A stretch of DNA of 63,677 bases, the filler included, from Octopus bimaculoides (Eukaryota), in assembly GCF_001194135.2 (NCBI RefSeq). It is 7 parts of 6 records of this genome, joined end to end, with 100 filler letters (N's around TTAATTAATTAA, not from the genome) between each part and the next. Parts side by side here need not be neighbours in the genome. Positions count along the whole stretch, not along the records: positions 1 to 16,926 come from NC_069007.1; 6 more parts are not named here. One strand, 5' to 3'. The position numbers and the translations under genes were made by a program. Numbering within the stretch: the first letter of the stretch is position 1; each line of letters opens with the position of its first letter. The notes beneath the pieces were generated by a model, which was not told where the DNA came from, did no database searches, and saw only the letters and a program-made list of their open reading frames with translations. Shown in pieces: positions 1-12,292 of the stretch.

Positions 1-361
1 ATATATATATATATATATTGTGATTGTGCTAAATGATGATGAGGAGGAAGAGGGGGATGGTGATGATATATGTGTGTGTGTGTGTGTGTGTGTGTTTGTC
101 TGATTATTAAATATGTTAAGTTAAGGCATTAATCTTTGTTCTTATTCATATTAATTCTATTCCCGACTGCATTGCGGTGACTTTCTAAAATGTTGTTAAT
201 CTCTCCCTCTCTCTCCCCTCCTCTTTTTCTTCCTGCTCACTCTCTCTTACACACATACACATATTTTTACATATATGTGTGTGTGTGTGTGTGTATGTAT
301 GTATTTGTACATATATATATATGCATATATATATATGCATATATATATATGCACGTACATA

Positions 362-402
<41 letters not shown>

Positions 403-422
403 ATACATATATGTTGTGTGCG

Positions 423-489
<67 letters not shown>

Positions 490-527
490 CTAGATATATA
501 TACATACATACATACATATATATATAT
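1..527. repeat. Compound microsatellite block (TA, TG, GA, GATA, TACA)
   Basis: Direct reading; runs into an N gap at 528. Confidence 0.9.
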
Positions 528-764
528 NNNNNNNNNNNNNNNNNNNNNNNNNNNNNNNNNNNNNNNNNNNNNNNNNNNNNNNNNNNNNNNNNNNNNNNNN
601 NNNNNNNNNNNNNNNNNNNNNNNNNNNNNNNNNNNNNNNNNNNNNNNNNNNNNNNNNNNNNNNNNNNNNNNNNNNNNNNNNNNNNNNNNNNNNNNNNNNN
701 NNNNNNNNNNNNNNNNNNNNNNNNNNNNNNNNNNNNNNNNNNNTATATATTCGCGAAGATTGAT

Positions 765-950
765 CGCTAGCCATTACACCTTTTTCCTATTTTCTCTCTC
801 TGTTTATTTCTGTATTCCTTTCTGTTGAAGAGCATAGGCTCGAAAGGTAAACGACTTTCTCACTTCCCGAGCGTTAAACTAACACATCTGTTTGTCATTT
901 ATACACCCATCTTTGTCTTTTGTTTTGTTTGTATTTTTTGTAAATTCCAA
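765..950 (+). mobile_element. Short interspersed element with a hammerhead-like motif (Penelope pLTR-like); homologous to 5495-5690
   Basis: Shares ctgttgaagagc..gctcgaaa..gactttct..cccgagcgttaaact with the reverse complement of 5495-5690. Confidence 0.6.
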
Positions 951-951
951 C

Positions 952-1009
<58 letters not shown>

Positions 1010-1589
1010 CACATACATATATATATCATCATTATCACTAAACATCTATTTTTTGTGCTCCAATATTTAAACCAAAACAAATGCACACAAATATAAAGTT
1101 TACATAAAAACAATAAATTTGAATTCCACAAAATTTCCACCAATTTTTTAAAACACCCTTGCTTTTTGCTATTGCAAGTGTATGTAGAGTCTGGAAAATT
1201 TTAAATTTTTGCTTATTAACCTTTTTTGAGTCCTAGTATAATGTGTTACATATATATTTGTTGCATCTTGCAACTTTTCAACGGACTATTGAAAAAGTTG
1301 CAAGATGCAACAAAAATTTTAGGAAAAATAAGTAAGTAAATGAGTGGAAATCGAACCGTTGAGTGTGTTAAGTAATAAGGCATTGAAAGAAAATGACTCT
1401 CCCCAGACACAATAAAATATATATCTAATAATATATATGAAATAGAGATGTGTGCATGTTCACTTTTCATGCGGAAATGGCTTCACTAATTGCTTTTATA
1501 CTTGTGATGCATGGAATAATTTGACCTCGGACAGATAGTTGGCTGTTCATTTGATTTGTTTATTAAAAACTATTAAAAATATAAAATAT

Positions 1590-2230
1590 TGCTTTTTGTA
1601 TTACATTCACGTCTTTGAAAGATTTTAGAATATTTGCTTCTGGTTTTCTAGTGTCAGTGATGTAACATATCTCTTTATGTATATCTCTCCATCCATCTCT
1701 CTCTCTATCTCTCTGTAACATATCTCTCTATCTATATCTCTTGTTTTCATTTTCATTTCCCAGAAGCTATTCTTTTCACTTTCAATTTTCATACACCATT
1801 GTTTAACTTCCATATTATTGTTTTCACTGTAAGTGTAAATTTTCAATTGCTATTTACATACAAACAATGGCAAATTACTGATAGAAAGAAGTTCACAATT
1901 ACTAATGTAAGTAATTTCATAATTTACTGACAGAAGTATCTTCATAAATTTCGCTCCAATCTGTATGGGTTTGTGTTTTTCTGTTGTTGACAGTTTCTTT
2001 CTGGTTCCTTCAATGCTGGCTCTTTGGTTCACTCAGTGACAAATTTCGCTTCAATCCATACAATACTTGATTTTCTGTTAAAATTTCTTATTTACTTTCT
2101 GCCCATCGTATTAAGAAACATGATTTCCATTACCAAGTTATTTTCATTGTTTACTAGCTTCTGCACTCGTGTATTTCTGTATACATATATAACCATGCCT
2201 AGAAGGAAAGTGTCAAATTTGTCGGCTACC
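1590..2230 (+). mobile_element. Helitron 5' region, truncated shortly after the RepHel start codon (MPRRKVS)
   Basis: Collinear similarity to 45130-45890, which runs into a RepHel ORF; ATG retained at 2195. Confidence 0.7.
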
Positions 2231-3145
2231 TGGTCTCATCCACAGTTGGGGTATATTTCTGTTGCATCTACTTCAGGAATCTTGCAGTGTTAGTTGAGAT
2301 AATAATAATTGATTAAGTAACCACAAGATGGATTTGGTATTAGTCTTTATTTAGTACAACAATCATTTCGACCCATCCTGCTACTGTCCCTTATGGGTGT
2401 GATGCTGTGCAACATGTGATACATCCATTCTGCAGTCTGGATAACATCATGTACATCCATTCATAAAGTGGTGCCTCACTAAAGGTCCTGAGTTTGGTTG
2501 ATCGTGTTGTTATATGGCCTTTGAGTTAGGGAATGAAGAATCATTGCTACAATTTCTATTGCTGTTAACTATTAATATTAATAGTTAATNNNNNNNNNNN
2601 NNNNNNNNNNNNNNNNNNNNNNNNNNNNNNNNNNNNNNNNNNNNNNNNNNNNNNNNNNNNNNNNNNNNNNNNNNNNNNNNNNNNNNNNNNNNNNNNNNNN
2701 NNNNNNNNNNNNNNNNNNNNNNNNNNNNNNNNNNNNNNNNNNNNNNNNNNNNNNNNNNNNNNNNNNNNNNNNNNNNNNNNNNNNNNNNNNNNNNNNNNNN
2801 NNNNNNNNNNNNNNNNNNNNNNNNNNNNNNNNNNNNNNNNNNNNNNNNNNNNNNNNNNNNNNNNNNNNNNNNNNNNNNNNNNNNNNNNNNNNNNNNNNNN
2901 NNNNNNNNNNNNNNNNNNNNNNNNNNNNNNNNNNNNNNNNNNNNNNNNNNNNNNNNNNNNNNNNNNNNNNNNNNNNNNNNNNNNNNNNNNNNNNNNNNNN
3001 NNNNNNNNNNNNNNNNNNNNNNATATATATACCCAGAGAAGCATAAAGAAGCATAAAAAACTGTGCTCATATATGTATTTTATATTTACTAAAAACAAGC
3101 AGTTTCCTGGACATTTACACACTATATACATACATACATATGTCT

Positions 3146-3190
<45 letters not shown>

Positions 3191-3701
3191 CACACACGCA
3201 TATGCATACACACACGGAGAGGGAGAGAGAAAGTAGAGTGAGACAGATGCACACATATCAAAGAGAGTGGGAGAGAAATGAGAAAACAATAAGTATAAGT
3301 GTGTGTGTGTGTGTTTGTGTGTGCGTGTGCGTGTAGGTGTTTCTAAATAAGTTGTACCATAAACAACCCACTGCAGAACTCACACTCAACTAAATCTAGA
3401 CAGACTGACTGACTGCTGGGATACTTTAGGTTTACAATGAGTTATAACAATAAATTGTTCAATACACACATACACACACACAAATTTATGAGTACATTAG
3501 TTACACAGAATTAAATGGATTGTTCTATTTTAGTGGACACACACACACATACACACATATATAGATTCATGTATGTGTGTGTCCCTGTATATACATGTAT
3601 ATGTTTATATATTCACACATTCAATTCTATTCAATTTTATACACATAGACATACATGAACCATCCCAAGAGAATATAATATATACACATATACAATATAT
3701 A

Positions 3702-4437
3702 CAGGAGTGGCTGTGTGGTAAGTAGCTTGCTTACCAACCACATGGTTCCGGGTTCAGTTCCACTGCATGGCACCTTGGACAAGTGTCTTCTACTAAAGCC
3801 TCGGGCTGACCAAAGCCTTCTNNNNNNNNNNNNNNNNNNNNNNNNNNNNNNNNNNNNNNNNNNNNNNNNNNNNNNNNNNNNNNNNNNNNNNNNNNNNNNN
3901 NNNNNNNNNNNNNNNNNNNNNNNNNNNNNNNNNNNNNNNNNNNNNNNNNNNNNNNNNNNNNNNNNNNNNNNNNNNNNNNNNNNNNNNNNNNNNNNNNNNN
4001 NNNNNNNNNNNNNNNNNNNNNNNNNNNNNNNNNNNNNNNNNNNNNNNNNNNNNNNNNNNNNNNNNNNNNNNNNNNNNNNNNNNNNNNNNNNNNNNNNNNN
4101 NNNNNNNNNNNNNNNNNNNNNNNNNNNNNNNNNNNNNNNNNNNNNNNNNNNNNNNNNNNNNNNNNNNNNNNNNNNNNNNNNNNNNNNNNNNNNNNNNNNN
4201 NNNNNNNNNNNNNNNNNNNNNNNNNNNNNNNNNNNNNNNNNNNNNNNNNNNNNNNNNNNNNNNNNNNNNNNNNNNNNNNNNNNNNNNNNNNNNNNNNNNN
4301 NNNNNAATAGACCAATAAAATAAGTGCTAGGCTTCCAAAGAATAAGTCCTGGGGTCGATTTGCTCGACTAAAGGCAGTGCTCCAGCATGGCCGCAGTCAA
4401 ATGACAAACAAGCAAAAGAGTAAAGAGAGTAAAAAGA

Positions 4438-4439
<2 letters not shown>
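3702..4439 (+). mobile_element. tRNA-derived SINE family A (head and 3' tail, gap in the middle)
   Basis: aggagtggctgtgtggtaag...ggttcagttcc head; gcagtgctccagcatggccgcagtcaaatgac tail; at least 10 related copies in the window. Confidence 0.85.
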
Positions 4440-4478
<39 letters not shown>

Positions 4479-5464
4479 CTCTATCTTTGTTGAAAGCTAC
4501 CTACATCACTCACTCTCTTATCCACATGTTCCTTCTCCTTTTTCCTTTTATATACGTATTTGTATGGATATATAAGTGTGTGTGCGTATGTGTACATATG
4601 TATGTATGTGTGTGTGTGTGTATATATATATATATACAGTTTAGAGTCCAGTTACTGCAATATTTCTCCTGAGAGAACATCTTTTATTGATCTGCTGTGT
4701 TAAAAACGCAATAAATGTCAGAGACAAAAACTTGTCCCATCAGTAGTCAACAAGAGTGCCAAGTGCACCTCAGTCATTTTGACTGTTTTCAGTGATGTGT
4801 ACTTGCAGCCATCCAATTTGTAGTGTCCAGTATAGGTGAATAAAAAAATAGTGAATGAAATATTCACTGATGTTGCAAATAGCTGTGTAGCTGCTTAAAA
4901 ATCTTGTATATGCAATTGAGGCATTAATTCATTAAATTAGTTATTTTTTGCATTATACTTAACGTGTACACAGAATTGGGAATGAATGTGAGAATGACAG
5001 ATTCATTCTGAAATACAAAAGCAACGCAACATTCCCTTTTCTTCCTGGGAAAACAAAGAATCAGAACACAGATTCTTGCTTCTCCTCAATTCAAAGATTT
5101 GAGCCAAGTTGGCTCCAGCATCAGGGACTGATTTCATGCAAGCATGAAGGCACACTGGCGAAACACTGCTCCTCTAAATAGAAACCTTACCTGTCATTGA
5201 GGTTTTGCGTCACAAAGCAAAGCAGGTCTTGCCATCCACTCAAAAAAACACATAGCAAATGATCCACAAGCACTCAAACTGAGTCCTCAACTTGTCCCAT
5301 TTGCCAAAAGATTTGCAAAGCACCAGTAGGCCTCAAGAGACATAGAACATGATTAATGCTTTACTTTGCAGAACCCTTATCTGTTGTTCATAACAAGAGA
5401 ATCCATCATGTGTGTGTGCGTATGTATATATATGTATATATGTATGTGTGTGTGTGTGTGTAAG

Positions 5465-5494
<30 letters not shown>

Positions 5495-5495
<1 letters not shown>

Positions 5496-5690
5496 GAGAA
5501 TATACGAAAAAAACAACAACAGACGAGGACAGGTGGTGTAGACAACAAAAGGATGTATTAGTTTAACGCTCGGGAATACAGAAAGTCTTTAACGTTTCGA
5601 GCTACGCTCTTCAACAGAAAGAATAAAGAGAAAACAAGGAGAAAAACACGGAGAAAAAAAATTGAATGTTTTGGTCAGCGATTAAACATA
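5495..5690 (-). mobile_element. Short interspersed element with a hammerhead-like motif; same family as 765-950
   Basis: Reverse-complement similarity to 765-950. Confidence 0.6.
5586..5622 (-). ncRNA. Minimal type I hammerhead-like fold with variant core CUGUUGA
   Basis: UCUUU-CUGUUGA-A-GAGC/GUA/GCUC-GAAA-CG-UU-AAAGA: 5-bp stem I, 4-bp stem II, palindromic stem III. Confidence 0.5.
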
Positions 5691-5959
5691 TATATATGTA
5701 AAAGGTTGAAGAGGAACACACGAGTAGAAATATATGGAAAAAAGGCAAAGTAGAAAATGCTAAAATACTTTTATAAAGAACATTACAGAACCGGTTTCGA
5801 TCCTTGAGATCTTTTCAACAGTAAATATGAATAATAAATTTTTGAAAAATTAAATTTTGGTAAATTTTAAAAAAAGTATTTTTAAAGACATATCTGTATA
5901 GTATTCAAATGCCCCTGTTATTTGAATACTATACAAATATGTCTTTAAAAAGACTTTTT

Positions 5960-6205
5960 GAGCAAGACACTTTATTTCACATTGCTCCAGGTCACTCAGC
6001 TGTAGAAATGAACTGTGATGTCACAGGTGCCAAACTGTATTGACCTTTACCTTTCCCTTGGATAACATCAGTGGTGTGGAGAGGGGAGGCTGGTATGCAT
6101 GGGTGACTGCTGGTCTTCCATAAGCAACCTTGCTAAGACTTGTGCCTCAGAGGGTAACTTTCTAGCAGCAATCCCATGGTCATTCCTGGCCAAAGAGGAT
6201 CAAAG
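5960..6205 (+). mobile_element. Degenerate SINE with CORE-like segment
   Basis: ttgagcaagacactttatttcacattgctcca segment shared with 51028-51338. Confidence 0.55.
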
Positions 6206-6224
6206 TGAGTAAAAGTAGGTTTTG

Positions 6225-6388
6225 AATGAATCATGCATTATCTGGTAGCTTTGAATTTCATTGATGTGATTGTTTATTTTTAGAATAACATTGTAGAATA
6301 TGTGTGAGAAGTTGGATCCTGTCAGCTTGAAAGTATAACAAGTAGAATATAGGGGCCGGATATTGTTGACTTAAATGCTAAAGATTAA
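6225..6388. mobile_element. End of a piggyBac-like MITE (...aaatgctaaagattaa)
   Basis: Similar to 16290-16378 and 48830-49232; ends in a degenerate gctaaagggTTAA. Confidence 0.4.
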
Positions 6389-7118
6389 GCCTTTAAGCTA
6401 GTGCTCCAGGCTGGCCAGGTACCTATGACTACAACAAGTAAAAGTGAAAAGTTAAGAGATAGAGGAAAGAAAGAAAAATTATTCAGTAACTTTGTGACAT
6501 TTCTTTTTTTTTGTTTTTGTTTTTGTTTTTTAATATCCAGTCTAGATTGCTGAGATATTTGCATAAATTTACATAAAGTTCTCTATTACAAAACTCTTCA
6601 TTTCCCACAGAGCTTAAAAATATGCAAACTATTTCATGTTATAGAACCAACTTGTAAATTTAGCCAAACAATAGATTTTAATCTTGTACAGAAACAAATA
6701 AATAACTTAGAATTTTACCTTACAGGTATTCTAAGAATTTTGTTGTTTTTCTTTATTTTTCTAAATATTGCTTTTACTTTTTCCATTACCTCTACAGGAA
6801 AACACTTTCAAGAATTGTGTTAATATTTGTATTTTAACTTAGTGTGTCACTTTGATAGAAATTGGAAAGCATTTTACAATTTAAAGTCAGTATGCAGGTT
6901 CAATTAACTTGTAGTGTTACACAGATTTTCATAGAGGCAATAAAAATGGTTAACCAGTTGACTGATAAATAAATAATAAAAGAAGTGAAATAGAGGCAGT
7001 GCATGTGTTTGTTACTGGCATTATGACATCACCAAGATACAACAAAATCTGTTCCTACATTTGAATTCACATCAAGAATCTTACAAACCAAATATAAAAT
7101 GAAATATATATTCAAAAC

Positions 7119-7204
7119 ACTAAGTTACGGGGACGTAAATACACCACCATCGGTTGTCAAGCAATGTTGGGGGGACAAACACAGACACACAAACATATAC
7201 ACAC

Positions 7205-7239
<35 letters not shown>

Positions 7240-7403
7240 ATGGGCTTCTTTCAGTTTCCATCTACCAAATCCACTTACAAGGCTTTGGTCAACCCAAGGC
7301 TATAGTAGAAGACACTTGCCTAAAGTGCCACGCAGTGGGACTGAACCCGGAATCATGTGGTTGGTAAGCAAACTACTCACCACACAGCCACTCCTGCGCC
7401 TAT
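7119..7403 (-). mobile_element. SINE family A
   Basis: Reverse complement of the family A head, internal microsatellite and downstream body. Confidence 0.85.
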
Positions 7404-8038
7404 ATACATATANNNNNNNNNNNNNNNNNNNNNNNNNNNNNNNNNNNNNNNNNNNNNNNNNNNNNNNNNNNNNNNNNNNNNNNNNNNNNNNNNNNNNNNN
7501 ATATTTAAGGGTACTGAAAACTTCCTGGATTTAATGATATTGCAAAAAGCCTGGTTGGAGACCCAGCCTTCCAAGTATTGTTGCAATAAGTGTGTGAATC
7601 TGAGAAGGGAATATATTGAATAAAATCATAATTAACTGATCATCCTGTATTCTCTTTTACAGAAACCCACAAATTTTTCAGCCCACCTCATATATACTCA
7701 TATATACACTAATTAAATATTTATTTTCACAATATATAATCTAATGGAGCTGTAATAAGACTCTTCTTCTTCTTCTTCTTCTTCTTCTTCTTCTAAATTA
7801 ACAATTAACTTTCTTTTGCTAATTTCTATAAAACCAGAAATTCATACCTGTCTGTTTATTTATACATACATCATTAATATTATTCCAGTTCTACCTAGTT
7901 TTTCTTCTCCTATTAATGAAACTACTGGAACATTTAAAATTAAAACACATTCAAAATTCACATAATTAATAAATGATGTTTTTTCTTTGATATATAAATA
8001 TATTGAGTGTATGTACACACACACAAATACATATATTC

Positions 8039-8095
<57 letters not shown>

Positions 8096-8494
8096 TATTA
8101 TTTATATAGAAAGGGTGATAAATTGAATATTAATATAAATATATATATACATATGTATGTATATATATGTATGTATACATATGTATTTATATATGCATAC
8201 ATATGTATGTATATATGCATGCATGTATGTATGTATCTATGTATGCTTGTATATATGTCTGTTTGTACATATGTATGTATGTCTGTGTGCATATATCTAT
8301 TATTTCTTTACTTCAATATGAATTAAAAATAAAAAAACTATTTTGGATATAATTTTAACATCATAGAAGGTCTTCTTGTTTTTGTCTTAAAATTCATCTC
8401 AGAAATTTTATTAAGACTTTTATAATTTTTAGGAATGTTTTTGCTTTTATGATTTTTCTAATTTTCTGCGATATTAGTTTTCAATTAGTTTGCT

Positions 8495-8630
8495 AAAATG
8501 GTGGTTAAGAAGCTCAGTTTACAAGTATCAGGTTTGGGGTTCAGTCCCACTGCATGCCATCTTGACCAACTGCCTACTGCTATAGCTTTGTGAGTGGATT
8601 CAGGAGACAGACACTGAAAGAAGCCCTTTG
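8495..8630 (+). mobile_element. Degenerate SINE family A head
   Basis: gtggttaagaagc...ggttcagtcccactgcatg...gtgagtggatt...ctgaaagaagccc. Confidence 0.65.
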
Positions 8631-8645
8631 CATTTGTGCGCACAA

Positions 8646-8684
<39 letters not shown>

Positions 8685-9174
8685 GTCAGCAGATGAAATC
8701 CAGAGAGTTTCAATGTAAGAAACACTTAGTAGCATTTAAATGATTTGAGCTTAGACTCTGAATTCTTTACCGAGGACTAAGTCCATGAAGGTAAACCATG
8801 GCTATAAGAGGAATCCAGGTGAGCAGATATGGAGGCAATGATGCAAATAAATAGATAAAACTGCTTGGGTTAAATATACAAAATACATATATATGTATAT
8901 ACGCAAATAGAAAGAAAGCAATGACTAGAGATTTTCAGACAATGAATATTCAAACATGAATATACAGAGAGTTATACATTAACAGAGTAAACTTACACAG
9001 AGCACAAAGGGGGAAAGCTATGGAGTTACAGGTCTGACAGCTGTTTCTGGAGGCTCAGATTTATTTCATAATGCTGGCAGATGTAGTTAAAAAAAACATG
9101 CAACCAGTCATAGAAACATAAATATTTGGTAGATCTGACCTCTGTCTTCAACCTGGAGAGATAAAAATCTTGCA

Positions 9175-9290
9175 AACAGGTGAGAGTTAGTGACAAGAAG
9201 GGCATCCAGCTGTAAAATATCTACCACAGCAAATTCTGTCTGACCCAAGCAAGCACAGAAAAAAGTGGATGTTAATACCATGAGAATGAT
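9175..9290 (+). mobile_element. Degenerate RTE-type 3' tail
   Basis: gaagggcatccagctgtaaa motif shared with 13166-13575 and 58057-58203. Confidence 0.5.
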
Positions 9291-9434
9291 ATCTGTCTGT
9301 CTATCTATCTATCTACCGATTTGTGTATATTCACTGTCAACTAAAACCAGTCTTGTTACAACCCCAAAATTATTCTTTGTGCTCTGTGTAAGTTTACTCT
9401 GTTAATGTATAACTGTCTATATATTTATGCCTGA

Positions 9435-9600
9435 ATAGGCGTAGGAGTGGCTGTGTGGTAAGTAGCTTGCTTACCAACCACACGGTTCCAGGTTCAGTCC
9501 CACTGCATGGCACCTTGGGCAAGTGTCTTCTACTGTAGCCTCGGGCCGACCAAAGCCGTGTGAGTGGATTTGGTAGACAGAAACTGAAAGAAGCCCGTCG
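9435..9600 (+). mobile_element. SINE family A head
   Basis: ataggcgtaggagtggctgtgtggtaag...gaaagaagcccgtcg. Confidence 0.85.
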
Positions 9601-9606
9601 TGTGTT

Positions 9607-9654
<48 letters not shown>

Positions 9655-10656
9655 TATATGTATGTGTGTGTNNNNNNNNNNNNNNNNNNNNNNNNNNNNN
9701 NNNNNNNNNNNNNNNNNNNNNNNNNNNNNNNNNNNNNNNNNNNNNNNNNNNNNNNNNNNNNNNNNNNNNNNNNNNNNNNNNNNNNNNNNNNNNNNNNNNN
9801 NNNNNNNNNNNNNNNNNNNNNNNNNNNNNNNNNNNNNNNNNNNNNNNNNNNNNNNNNNNNNNNNNNNNNNNNNNNNNNNNNNNNNNNNNNNNNNNNNNNN
9901 NNNNNNNNNNNNNNNNNNNNNNNNNNNNNNNNNNNNNNNNNNNNNNNNNNNNNNNNNNNNNNNNNNNNNNNNNNNNNNNNNNNNNNNNNNNNNNNNNNNN
10001 NNNNNNNNNNNNNNNNNNNNNNNNNNNNNNNNNNNNNNNNNNNNNNNNNNNNNNNNNNNNNNNNNNNNNNNNNNNNNNNNNNNNNNNNNNNNNNNNNNNN
10101 NNNNNNNNNNNNNNNNNNNNNNNNNNNNNNNNNNNNNNNNNNNNNNNNNNNNNNNNNNNNNNNNNNNNNNNNNNNNNNNNNNNNNNNNNNNNNNNNNNNN
10201 NNNNNNNNNNNNNNNNNNNNNNNNNNNNNNNNNNNNNNNNNNNNNNNNNNNNNNNNNNNNNNNNNNNNNNNNNNNNNNNNNNNNNNNNNNNNNNNNNNNN
10301 NNNNNNNNNNNNNNNNNNNNNNNNNNNNNNNNNNNNNNNNNNNNNNNNNNNNNNNNNNNNNNNNNNNNNNNNNNNNNNNNNNNNNNNNNNNNNNNNNNNN
10401 NNNNNNNNNNNNNNNNNNNNNNNNNNNNNNNNNNNNNNNNNNNNNNNNNNNNNNNNNNNNNNNNNNNNNNNNNNNNNNNNNNNNNNNNNNNNNNNNNNNN
10501 NNNNNNNNNNNNNNNNNNNNNNNNNNNNNNNNNNNNNNNNNNNNNNNNNNNNNNNNNNNNNNNNNNNNNNNNNNNNNNNNNNNNNNNNNNNNNNNNNNNN
10601 NNNNNNNNNNNNNNNNNNNNNNNNNNNNNNNNNNNNNNNNNNNNNNNNNNNNNNNN

Positions 10657-10687
<31 letters not shown>

Positions 10688-10759
10688 GAACAATTATGTG
10701 TATGTACATATACAAATATGTATGTATATATACACCTCCCTGTCTCTTTTCAGTGTTGG

Positions 10760-10985
10760 TGCATAGGCTAATGGCTCGGGTGTTGAACTGAAGATCAAAA
10801 GAATGGGATTTCAGTTCCAGGACCGGGTACTGCCTTGTGTTCTTGAACAAAACACTTCATTTCTTGTTGCCCCAGTCTACTCAGCTGACAAAAAGGAGTA
10901 ATCCTACGATGGATTGTTGTTCCATCTAGGTGGGGAATATACACACCATGGAAGCTGGGAAAGGGGACCTTAGAGGCAATATGAC
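10760..10985 (+). mobile_element. Degenerate tRNA-derived SINE
   Basis: Box A/B-like head followed by gtgttcttgaacaaaacacttcatttc (CORE-like). Confidence 0.45.
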
Positions 10986-11119
10986 TCAAGAAAGCTCTTT
11001 ACCCTCTGTAGCCTCTGTCTGCCTCTGGAGGAGCCATGTATCTCCCCCCCAGCAAGACACCCATTCTTCTCCCTCACACTTTCATCTCCTTCAATACTAC
11101 ACACATTTGGGAGATGTAA

Positions 11120-11345
11120 TTGGTAACCTCACCAGTGCTGGTGCCACATAAAAGGCACCTAATTCAGTCAGTAAAGTAGTTGGTGTTAGGATGGGTGTCT
11201 AGCTACAGAGACTATACCAAAGGAGACACTGCAGTTCAGTAGAGGCCTCTGTGTTGTCGGTTGCAGTTGAACCATCCAACCCATGCCTGTCATGAAAGAC
11301 GGATATTAAATAATAACGATGATGACGACAACGGTGATGACAAGG
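11120..11345 (+). mobile_element. Degenerate RTE-type 3' tail with (GAT)n end
   Basis: ccatccaacccatgcc...ggatattaaataataacgatgatg. Confidence 0.5.
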
Positions 11346-12243
11346 AGGACGATGATTATGAAACTGATGAGGATATTCAGTTAAAACTGAAAGCATTTTG
11401 TTCCTACAGAAATCACCCCTTTAAGATATCTGTTCCAGATCATTTTCTCAATGTTAAAACAATGTTCGTTTTTGTTTGTTTGTTTGTTTTTTTTATATAT
11501 TTCTTCTTTGGTTTGTTTTTTTTTTATCATGAAACTATACCATTGAATCATTGAAACTAAAGTGAGCCTTGCTCTAACCATGGCAGCCGAGATGTCTGCT
11601 GGCGAATAAGAACAAATGCTTTTATAAAAACCAAAGCCTGAAATTCAATGATCTTAAAATAATAAATGTCGCCAGATGCTAAATGCTATGCGAAGAACAG
11701 AGAGGCTAAAATAGAATGGACTAAAGAATTGCACATTAAGATGGGGAGGCAGGTCTAGNNNNNNNNNNNNNNNNNNNNNNNNNNNNNNNNNNNNNNNNNN
11801 NNNNNNNNNNNNNNNNNNNNNNNNNNNNNNNNNNNNNNNNNNNNNNNNNNNNNNNNNNNNNNNNNNNNNNNNNNNNNNNNNNNNNNNNNNNNNNNNNNNN
11901 NNNNNNNNNNNNNNNNNNNNNNNNNNNNNNNNNNNNNNNNNNNNNNNNNNNNNNNNNNNNNNNNNNNNNNNNNNNNNNNNNNNNNNNNNNNNNNNNNNNN
12001 NNNNNNNNNNNNNNNNNNNNNNNNNNNNNNNNNNNNNNNNNNNNNNNNNNNNNNNNNNNNNNNNNNNNNNNNNNNNNNNNNNNNNNNNNNNNNNNNNNNN
12101 NNNNNNNNNNNNNNNNNNNNNNNNNNNNNNNNNNNNNNNNNNNNNNNNNNNNNNNNNNNNNNNNNNNNNNNNNNNNNNNNNNNNNNNNNNNNNNNNNNNN
12201 NNNNNNNNNNNNNNNNNNNNNNNNNNNNNNNNNNNNNNNNNNN

Positions 12244-12292
<49 letters not shown>

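Noticed and set aside
2355-2410. Minus-strand ACCCAU/AUGGGU stem followed by CGAAA
   Set aside because: No CUGANGA-like core upstream.
9471-10850. Long ORFs spanning N gaps, and YI/CV/HT-rich ORFs throughout
   Set aside because: Artefacts of Ns and dinucleotide microsatellites.
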